64,000 nt of DNA. Origin: Heterodontus francisci. Its lineage: Eukaryota. Of the stretch, positions 50,301 to 61,300 are shown piece by piece. Each line of letters begins with the position of its first letter. The first letter of the stretch is position 1. A program made the translations under genes and the position numbers. Location: assembly GCF_036365525.1 (NCBI RefSeq), contig NC_090392.1:57971247-58035246 (forward strand), read 5' to 3'. Below the pieces are notes generated by a model. It searched no databases and was not told where the DNA came from. It was given only the letters and a program-made list of their open reading frames with translations.

Positions 50301-53300
50301 AAGAAAAAAAAGGGAAAAAAAGAGGCAACTGGAGCTTCTCCTTCTCTGCAAACTCCACAGGCAAATAACAAGGTGAATGCCATCAGCAGATAAGGTTAAA
50401 CCTGAAAAGGATGATGATGAATGAAGATCACAGGAAGTTGTGACCAGATCCATGAGGCCAATTCACCTGAAAAATTTTATTGCTCATTTGAAATGTGTCT
50501 TTGCTCATTTCATTTTGAGCTAAAAGTATATGATATTTCAGAAGAGAATAATAGTTTGTACAATGGAAAGGGGTTTGACTCAGACAAGATAAACTTTTGA
50601 GGGACAATGGTCAATTTGAAAAAAAAAGAAAAGAATATAACAAAGGGATACCCAACATTTGGATTTCTAGAACAGCATCAGCTGGTACACAGGCTGAGCA
50701 GTCAACTTGATCCCTAAGTATCATATATAGTGAACCAGCTCATACTTAGATAGTATTTAACTAGCAAAATGTCCCTTAGTGATTCAGAGACCAAACAGGA
50801 AGTGGTAGAAGGAAGTTAGGGTGGCAAAGAAAGGCGAAGAATGGGTAACTTTTTTTGTGCATTCATAGGATTTTGGCAACGCTGACAAGAACAGCATTTA
50901 TTGCCCATCCCTAACAACTGGGTAGCTTGCTAGGTCATTTCAGAGGGCAGTTAGGGCTTAACCACATAGTTGTGGGTCACATGTAGGCCAGACTGGGTAC
51001 GGGTGGCAGAGTTCCTTCCTGAAGGATATTGGTGAACTAGTTGGGTTTTTATGACAATCCAGCATTTTCATGATCACCATTACTGGCACTAGCTTTTTAT
51101 TCCAGATCTATTTTAATTAACTGAATTTAAATTCCCCAGATGCTGTGGAGGCATTTGAACTCATACCTTTGGTTCATTAGTCCAGTTTAAAGACCTTTTG
51201 AAGGTGAACTGAGATGTATAAGTGGAGGAATTTAGAAAGAACATTTCAGTGTATCCAGCCATGATGCCTCAAGGCTTTGCCATCAATGGTAGAATGAAGG
51301 AAAAGGAGAATGCACAAAAATTAATCAACGTAGGGTATATGGATTCACAGAAGACATTCAGGAAGGAGTTTCACGAGAGGAATGTGAGAAAAAATCAGGA
51401 TCATGGTACAAGTGAAAAGATTAAAAGTTGGTTGATAGGTAGAAAACCAAGAATTAGGTTAAATGGTATTTTCAGACTGTTTGGGTGTGGTGTAACCAGG
51501 GGTGAGTGACAAGTCCTCTTTTGTTCTCAGTATATATGGATAATTTGGACATTTGGATGTAGGAAACAATTTTGAAATTTACTGATGGCATAACATTATG
51601 AGATTTGCAAAGATCAGTGAGAACTATAAAACTTCATTTAGGAAGATGTACTTCGATTAGAATAAGGTTCTAGTCACCAGCGTCAGAAAAAGGCTATTCT
51701 AAAGTGACTAAGTGTTTCCTGCCCATTCTTGTTTGTTGCATTTTTAGGGCAGGGGATTAACAAAATCATCTGCTAGAAATTCATTGGAAGAGCCACAGAA
51801 AAAGGCTGGAAAAGAGGTGTAAATTCCTAAGCAGAAGTTATGATGGACAAATGAGAGAAACTTGTGGAAACCCACTCCCTTTTTCTTAAGTTAATAGATG
51901 AGCCTATTCTTCTGGTAAATAGACAAACTAGTAGCGAAGATATCAAAAGCTGCAGTTAAGGTACAGTTATTTCATCCTGCTTGCCCTGCTTTCTGTTCCA
52001 TAAAGAGAGATGCCTGCACACATGTACAAACAACAGCGAGATGGAGTTAAGCTACAGATCAACTGTGATCTAATTGAATGGTGGGACAAGCTTAAGGGGC
52101 TGAATGGCCTACTCCTGTTCCTATGCTCACAGCTGTGTCAACACCAGAAGAAGTCTTACATCTTAGAGAAGAGCAACCAAAGTGAATCTAATCATTGGGA
52201 AAGTTCTCATCCCATCCTGAACAATGATCAGAACATGTTGCTCAGGGACTCCTGGACAAATTAACCACTGAGTCAATGAGAGGCTGCAAACAACTCACAG
52301 ACAGTTCAAAAAGCAGTTGTTGAGGGGCAATTTCTTGCCCGCAGTGGGAATTTTACAATAAGGCCGCTTAAACATGCAGCAGCACAGCTTACAGGAAACC
52401 CCATGGGCTAATACAACTTGCAAATACAGAGACTAATTATTGCTAGTTTATTTTCAAATTGTTCACTGAAATTGAGAAAAAAAACTCCAGAAATAGTATT
52501 AAGTTGTTAATGTTTCATTTACAGAGTCTAATCATGACTGTTTATCAGGGATGGCATTGAAAGATACAGTGAAGCTAATTTGGTTCTCAGTCAAATCCAT
52601 TATTTTGGGCAGGTCTAACAACCAAATCAGGCCCATAATATTTGATTAATATAATCACTAAAAACAGTCAAACTGTTGCAAAAGCATATGGGACACTTGA
52701 CTTAATAAATAGAAGCATAGAGTAACAAAAATAATAATATTATGGTAAACCTTCAGCCTCAGCTGTAGTAGTGACCAATTTTGGACACCACACTTTAGGA
52801 AGGATATCAAAGCCTATGACAGGGTGCAGTGGAGATTTACAAGAATGGTACCAGGGATGAGGTACTTCAGTTATGTAGAGAGACTAGAGATGCTGGGATT
52901 ATTCTCCTCAGAGCAGAGAAGGTTAAGGCAAGATTTCATACAGCTGTTGAAATTTATATGTGGTTTTGATAGAGTAGAAAGGGAAAAAACTTTTTTCACG
53001 AGCAGGACAGTTGGTAACCAGAGGACACAGGTTTCAGATAATCAGAAAACGAACCAGGGGGTAGTTGAGAGAATTCATTTTACATGGCAAATTGTTATGA
53101 TTTGGAAAGCACTGCCTGAAAGGGTGATGGAAGCAAATTCAATTCTTTGCTTCCTCCCTCCCACTCCTCTGTCCCTGCCAATTTATCATGCTTGGATAGA
53201 GTGCAGGATATAAATTTAAATACAATGATGCATAACTGAGGTCTCTGCTTATATAATGTCTGAAAATACAGACTTCTAAAGAATGATATTCCATGATCAC

Positions 53301-54599
53301 TATTACAAAATAATGTTTGCTGCGCTTTCATTGTTAAATTGGTGACATCATTTAAGAATGTATACTTTGGAGAGATATACACATTCTTTTGTCAATATTT
53401 TACCCTCAGAAGTGCCCCGATGCAAACACATAATGCAGAAGAGGGTATTGCCAATATTCACAATTAGCTGCCGGCAAGAGGTGGCAATGGCAGTCATGGT
53501 GCAGTTATTCCATGTGACCACCTCTGTCTCTATCCTTCTACATATGAGTCTTTTGGCACAAGCCTTCTCAGGTCTTTCTGTCCCACACACGATTCCACAA
53601 CTAAGAGCACAGGGTATGTCAATGTTCTCGTGCATAGTGGCAATAAAAATCTTCAAAGAACCATTTTAAAATGTGCAAGAGGAAAGATGCTTAAGCTGAT
53701 CCTCCACATTCTTGCCATTTCTATAGCTTCATACAAGTGTCAGAAATGGCTGAATGCTGGAGGATGAGTGAGACTTTGAATATCCTCAGGGCTTCCCAAA
53801 GTGTTTCACACCCAATCAATTATTTTTGAAGTTGCAATCACTTCTTTTTTACACAGCAACCAATTTGTTTGTCCACCGCAAAGTCTCCCGAATAGCAAAT
53901 GAGACAAATGACCAATTGATCTGTTTGGCTGATGTTGATTGGTGTAAATGTTAGTCATGACACCAGGTGAATTCCCTGCTCTTCCTCAAATGGTGCCATG
54001 GGCTCTTTTACATCCACCTGAAATGGTAGATAGGATCTGGGTTTAATATTGTCAACAGTGTTATCAAGAGGCACATTCCTGTTCCTGAACTAATAACCTG
54101 TTCCCTGATGCTCACACTCAGTTTTGCTGGAACCAGATGACTCCAGACCTCATTACAACCTTCAAACATGAACACTGACCACCAGACCTGTATTCCAGAG
54201 GTGAGGGGAGAGTGACATCAGACAGTATTTGACTGAATATGGCACCACAGAGCCTTAGTAAAACTGAAGTCATTGGGGATCAGTTGATGGAGACTTGCCT
54301 GGCACAAAGGAAGATGGTTATGGAAGCCAATCACCTCAGCCCTTGAATGTCACTACAGGAGTTCCTCAGGGCATCATTCTAGACCCAACACTTTTCAGCT
54401 GTTTCATCAATGACTTTTGTCCATACAGTCAGAAGTGGAACTGTTTGCTGATAGCTGCAGTGTTCCATTCACATTTTCTCAGGCAATGAAGTGGTCCATG
54501 CCCACAGGCAGACAATAACTAGGTTTGAGTTGATAAGTGGCGAGATGCTTTCATGGCACACAAATGCCGGGCAATGAGTGGGGGTGTGGGGGGTTAGTG

Positions 54600-55330
54600 G
54601 GAGGGAGTTAAATTCAGAAGCTCCTGAAGAGAGGGATGCAAAAGGCAGGGACCAGAGAGCTGCAATGCCTGAAGTACAGTTGAGAAGTAGGGGAGAAAGC
54701 AGCTGGATGGGGATCTGCACCTGGAGAGAACGGCTGGATGGAGAGGGCCAGAAGCGAGAGGCCGTAGAGAGCCACGGGGAGCGAGCGGCCGAAGGCCTTG
54801 GTGTTGCCGGGTGCGGGTAAGTTTGGTAAGTCTTTTGCCGTTGCAAATTTATGGCGCATGCGTAGAAAAACGCACCCACCCCCCTCACGCTGCTGTCTCC
54901 GGCTGTTCCGCTTCACTCCGTCACTGGGCCGTTCGCTTGCCCACTCGCCGACCGCTCCGCTCCTACCAGGCCCGCTCCACTCCCCCCACCCACTCCCCCC
55001 CTCCCTCCCCGGCTCGCTCCCCCTTTCCCTCCCTCCCTCCCCGGCCCGCTCCCCCCCCTCCCTCCCTCCCTCCCCGGTCTCCTCCCTCCCTCCCCGGCCC
55101 GCTCCCCCCGGCCTGCGCCCCGGCCAGCTCGTTCGCTCTCTCACTCCGCCATTGTGTGCTGACATGTGCTGGTTAGGTTGCCTCTGTGTCATTATTTGAG
55201 CAGCGCCATCTTTAGTCCTGGCAGCTGCCTAAAGTTGCAGTCTGTGACGTTTTAGTGGCACATGCTGCATTTGCGCATGTGTCACAACAGCGCCCCCTAG
55301 TGGTAGCTTTGTCAGCAAATGCAGTCTTTT
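54600..55330 (-). mobile_element. Terminal fragment of the same unclassified element as 59543-62231
   Basis: Reverse-complement match to ~59541-60140, including the terminus AAGACTGCATTTGCTGACAA. Confidence 0.8.
55288..55303 (-). promoter_or_regulatory. CTCF consensus-like motif CCACTAGGGGGCGCTG carried by the TE end
   Basis: Motif match only; binding not shown. Confidence 0.45.
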
Positions 55331-58300
55331 CACAAAGATTTCAAAGGTTATGAGTCATTCCAGGCCACAGCAGGGTGGGGGCGGGGTGGTGGTGGGGGGG
55401 GGGGGGGGGGGGGGGGGAGGGGCGGGGTGGTTGTTCCAGACATATCAATACATTGATCAATATTGGCTGGTGAAAAATCGATGGGTTTTGGATATATATG
55501 GAGCCGGTGCTGGCTTGTCTCTCTTAGAATCATACAGCACCAAAAGGAGGCCATTCAGCCCATTGTACGTTTGAAAGAGCTATCCAATTAGTTCCAATAC
55601 CCTGCCCTTTTCCCAGGTCCTACAAATATTTCCTTCTCAAGTATAAATGCCAAATTACTATTGAATTTGCTTCCATCACCCTTTCAGGCAGTGCTTTCCA
55701 AATCATAACAATTTGCCATGTAAAAAAAATTTTCTCAACTATCCCCGGTTCGTTTTCCGATTATCTTAAACCTGTGTCCTCTGGTTACCAACCGTCCTGC
55801 TAGTGAATAAAGTTTTTTTCCCTTTCTACTCTATCAAAACCACATATAAATTTCAACAACTGTATGAAATCTTGCCTTAACCTTCTCTGCTCTGAGGAGA
55901 ATAATCCCAGCATCTCTAGTCTCTCTACATAACTGAAGTCCCTCATCCCTGGTACCATTCTTGTAAATCTCCACTGCACCCTGTCATAGGCTTTGATATC
56001 CTTCCTAAAGTGTGGTGTCCAAAATTGGTTACTACTACAGCTGAGGCTGAAGGTTTTCCATAATATTGTTGTTTCTGTTACTCTATGCTTCTATTTATTA
56101 AGTCAAGTGTCCCATATGCTTTTGCAACAGTTTGACTGTTTTTAGTGATTATATTAATCAAATATTATGGGCATGATTTGGTTGTTAGGCCTGCCCAAAA
56201 TAATGGATTTGACTGAGAACCAAATTAGCTTCATTGTATCTTTCAATGCCATCCCTGATAAACAGTCATGATTCGACTCTGTAAATGAAATATTAACAAC
56301 TTATTACAATTTCTGGAGTTTCGCTCAATTTCAGTGAACAATTTGAAAATAAACTAGCAATAATTAGTCTCTGTATTTGCAAGTTGTATTAGCCCATGGG
56401 GTTTCCTGTAAGCTGTGCTGCTGCGTGTTTAAGCGGCCTTATTGTAAAATTTCCACTGCAGGCAAGACGTTGCCCACAGCAACTGCTTTTTGAACTGTCT
56501 GTGAGTTGTTTGCAGCCTCTCATTGACTCAGTGGTTAATTTGTCCAGGAGTCCCTGAGCAACATGTTCCGGAAAGTGTAAGAACACTCCCAATGAGTAGA
56601 TTCACTTTGGCTGCTCTTCTCTAAGATGTCAGACTTCTTCTGGTGTTGGAGTATCAGTGAGCATAGGAACAGGAGTAGGCCATTCAGCCCCTCGAGCCTG
56701 TTCCACCATTCAATTAGATCACAGTTGACCTGTACCTTTACTCCATCTCTCTGTTGTGTATACATGTGCACAGGGATCTCTCTTTATGGAACAGAAAGCA
56801 GGGCAAGCAGGATGAAATAACTGTACCTTAACTGCAGCTTTTGATATCTTTGCTGCTCGTTTGTCAATTTACGAGAAGAATAGGGTTACCTATTTACAAA
56901 AGACTAAGGGAGTGGATTTCCACAAGTTTCTCTCGTTCATCCATCATAACTGTAGCTCAGGAGTCCCTGCAACCTGGAGAAATTGGTGCAAATGGTGTTT
57001 ACACCTCTTTTCCAGCCTTTTCCCTTGGCTCTTCCAATGAATTTCTAGAAGACGATTTTGTGAATCCCTCTGCCCTAAGAATGCAACGAACTAGAATGGC
57101 CAGGAACCACTCCGTCACTTTGGAATGGCCTTTTTCTGAGGCTGGCGACTAGAATTTTCTGCTAATCGAAGTGTATCTTCCTGAATGAGGTTTTATAGTT
57201 CGCACTGATTTTTGCAAATCTCCTAATTTTATGCCATCGGTAAATTTCAAAATTGTTTCCTATATCCAAATGTCCAAATAATATATGCTGAGAACAAAAG
57301 AGGACTTGTCACTCACCCCTGGGTACACCACACCCAACCAGTCTGATAATATCCATTTAACCTAACTCTTGGTTTTCTATCTATCAACCAACTTATTATT
57401 TTTTCAGTTGTACCATATTCCTGATTTTATTTTTCACACTTTCCTGAATGTCTTCTGTGAATCCATATACCCCACATTGATTAATTTCTGTGCATTCTCT
57501 TTTTCCTTCATTCTACCATTGATGGCAAAGCCTTTAGGCATCATGGCTGGACACGCTGAAATTTTCTTCCTAAATTCCGCTACCTATACATCTCAGTTCA
57601 CTTTCAAACGGTCTTTAAACTGGACTAATGAACCAAAGGTATGAGTTCAAATGCCTCCACAGCATCTGGGGAATTTAAATTTAGTTAATTAAATGGTGAT
57701 CATGAAAATGCTGGATTGTCATAAAAACCCAGCTGTTCCACCAAAATTCCTTAGGAAGGACATCTGCCACCCTTATCCAGTCTGACTCCAGACCTACAAC
57801 CACGTCTTTGACCCCTAACTGCCCTCTGAAATGGCCTAGCATGCTATTCAGTTGTTACAGATGGGCAATATATGCTGTCAGCAACGTCCACATCCTATGA
57901 ATGTATAAAAAATAGCAACCCATTCTTTGCCTTTCTTTCCCACCCTAACATCCTTCTACCACTTCCTGTTTGGTCTCTGAATCACTCGGGCAGATTTTTC
58001 TTGTTAAATGCAATATAAGTGCATGCTGCTTCACTATATATGATACTCAGGGATAAAGTTGCCTGCTCAGCCTATATACCAGCTGATGCTGTTCTAGAAA
58101 TCCAAATGCTGGGTGACCCTTTGTTAGATCCTTTTCTCTTTTTTCAAATTGACCATTGTTCCTCTCACGTTAATCTTGTCTGAGTCAAATCCCTTTCCAT
58201 TGTATGAATTATTATTCTCTTCTGAAACAGAATAAGTCACATAAATCTATTTCTAAAACCAATATGTTTGAACAATAGGCACCATACAAAGAGCGAATTG

Positions 58301-58338
58301 AAAGATACCTTACAATGAGTTTATTTGGTTCTGTACTA

Positions 58339-61300
58339 TGTCATGAAGACATCACCAGCCACAAATGAGGCATATTAATTTCATCATATGAAACATTAAT
58401 CTTAAACTGTTGCTGGACTGAAGAGATGAATTGTTTAAAGAGATCAGCAGTGGCTGGAAAATTTTGCATTCTAAGAGACAGTTGCCTGGGAAAAGACAAT
58501 GGAACTGCTCCCTGGTCCAATTAACCCAAATGGATTTTGATCACCAGACATTGAATGTATAACATGCTAGCATTCCATCCACCACCTTCCACCCAACACC
58601 AACCTCCCCGTGCACCCCCCCCCCCACCCCCCCCTACCGCCCCCGCCAACTGAGGGTTGCTGCTAAGGTGGAGAATCCACAAAAACACAGGAGAGTTTGT
58701 TGAAAAAACATAGTCACATGACTAACCTGCTGGCCAACTTGGAGGTTTGAATTGTTCTCACAGGACAGTTTGAAGTCAGAGACTGCTTTGAAGACAACAG
58801 AGAAGGAAGGTCTCTCCCTGCCTCTTTCTCTCTCTCTCTCTCTCTCTCTCAAGAACTTCCAGATCCACTGAAGTCACTTAAACCTCAAGAGAGAAAACTC
58901 CTACATTGAAACAAGTTTGAAAGCGTGCAAACGAAACAACAAGATTTAACGACAATCAAAGACTCTACATTGAACTCAAAGGACAGTAAATGACCTCTAG
59001 CTATTGCTTCAAACTTTTCCCCTTTATTCTTACTACTTTTCTGTCTCTATCTGTGTGTGTGTGTGTCTATCGTGTATGCATGCTATGGTGGTCACATCGC
59101 GTATTCGTAGTAGTTTTAACTGAATTAGAGTTTTAAGGTTAATTAACTTACACCTTTCTTGTTTAAATCTAAGAAAACCTGTCTGGTTGATTTCTTTGCC
59201 TTACCATTGGACAGCAGTGAACAAGGATTCACAGAGGGGGAGCTAAAAACATGGTGTTTTTAAAATTAAACCCTGTTACAGTCAAACCAGGCAAAGGCTG
59301 AGAGGGAACCCCTAGACCCCTTTCTCACCTGGTTGTAACAGAAATTTGGGGGTTAGCGTCCAGATTCGATCCACAGACAATTAACAGAAATTGGAAGTGG
59401 GAAGTCAAATTGATCCCAATCAAAAAGAGAAAAGATTTCAATACAGGTTTTCTTGTGGTTGTGTGCACTAGAATACTGACATGTCTACGACTGAAGTCAG
59501 TAACTCCCTAAGCCAGGGTGAAATAAATTGGGATAAGTTAAAGACCGCATTTGTTGACAACGCGAACGGTAGGTGGCGCTGTTTTGGCACATGTGCAAAT
59601 ACAGCATGTGCCACGAAAACGTCACAGATTGCGACTGTTGCAGCTGCCAGGACTAAAGATGGCGCTGCTCAAAGAATCACAGAGGCAACCTAACGAACAC
59701 GTGGCAGTATACAATGGCCGGAGTGAGAGAGCAGCGCGTGGGCCGGGGAGAGCGGGGGTGGGGGGAAAAGAGAGGAGGGAAGGAGGGGGGGAAAGAGAGG
59801 AGGGAGGGGTGGGGGGAAGAGAGGGAGGGGTGGGGGGGAAAGAGAGGGAGGGGTGGGGGGGGAAGAGAGGGGGTGGGGGAGAGTGGGGGGGGGGGGGCAG
59901 CAGAGCGGAAGAGGTGCCTTTTTCTGTGCATGCGCCAGAAACACAACAGCAAAAGACTTACTGGCCAGTCCCTGCACCCGGCGACACCAAGGTCTTCGCA
60001 CACTCGCTCCCCGCGGCTCTCTACGGCCTTTCCATTCAGCCGTTCCCTCCAGCTGCGGATGCCCAATCCAGTTGCTTCTCCCCTACGTCTCCACAGTACT
60101 TCAGGCATTGCAACTGTCTGGTCCCTGCATTTTGCATGCTCCCTCTCCCCACCCCTCCCTGCTCTCCCCACCCCTCCCCCCTCTCCAGCTACCCCCCTAC
60201 CTCCACCCCTCCCTCTACCCCCCTACCTCCACCCCTCCCTCTACCCCCCTACCTCCACCCCTCCACCACAGTTGAATATCTGAAGTGCAGTTGCAAAGTC
60301 GGGAAAATAGCATGCAAAACAAAGCCTCAACAATTCTGGGGTCAATTATTGAGAAGTTTTATTAAGTTCATTAAGCATCCGAGGAACTGCTGTGCATGGA
60401 TACATGAGTGTTGTGTTTCCAGCATTCCCGTTAGACAGACAGGCCGAGTCTCTGCTATGCACAGCTAAAGAGATTGTTCCTGGAGAGCCTTGTGGTGAAT
60501 GAACGCTTGGCTCTCTATTCCACTGTATTGTCCATGTGAAGAAGACAAAGTCACAAGAGTCTGAGCTCAGTCTATTCTTGTTGAATGTTCCCCAAACGCA
60601 TCCCAATGTGCACTCCCAATTCATCCATAAATGCAACGTTCCTTTCCACATCGTGACCAGCTCCGCAGCATGATCCAGTTGCCTTCATTGCTTGAATGCT
60701 GACCTTAAGTCTCAAGGATCGCGTTGTCAACAAATGCGGTCTTGTTTTCTCGACGGCATGTTTTACATGAAAAGAAATAAAGCAAATCAGAGGCAGAGTT
60801 TGCCTCCCTCCATCCACTGAAATTACTGTTGTGCACACCTTTTAAAGTTCTGCAGTGAAGGCACCAATTGATAACGTCGCCAATGAAGCACTTATTACCC
60901 ACCTCAGCTGTAGGAGGCAGGATGATGTTACTGCCCCTATCTCGTGATGGTTCAATGCTGCTCTTAGGGAAAACATGAATGATGTGAGGGTGCTGGAAAA
61001 GAAGCACATTTCTTTTGGGCTATGAACATAAAGCTGGCCATTTAGCCCAGCAGTTCTCTGCTAGTGGTTATGTTACTCGTGCGTCTTTCCATCCATTCCC
61101 ATTTAATCCTGCCTGCTACTATCACCAGTTGTGTTCACAGCAAGAGCATTCACATTTCTGCTACCACTGGACACGGCATGCTTGTTTCTTTTAGTGCTCA
61201 GTCTCTTCTTGCTGAATGTTCCCCAAGTGCTTGACCCCTTTGGACGCCCTCTCTGCTTGACAGGCAGCAGCTGGCAATTGCGGAGTCTCACAAGGCTCTG

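Larger units (their letters stand above)
50536..58227. repeat. Long inverted duplication: arms 50536-53143 and 55660-58227, spacer ~2.5 kb
   Basis: Colinear reverse-complement match along both arms. ORFs 52010..52264(+) and 56535..56771(-) are near-identical. Shared TE junctions and shared disabling mutations. Confidence 0.93.

Noticed and set aside
60190-60268. 25-bp C-rich tandem repeat (about 3 copies) and poly-G tracts at ~37756 and ~55375
   Set aside because: Simple minisatellite or low-complexity sequence with no spacers; not CRISPR-like and no evidence of function.
59551-60468. Long Gly/Pro-rich ORFs here and at 54614-55199 and 9500-10129
   Set aside because: They arise from G/C-rich low-complexity TE sequence that is open in several frames, with no domain signal.
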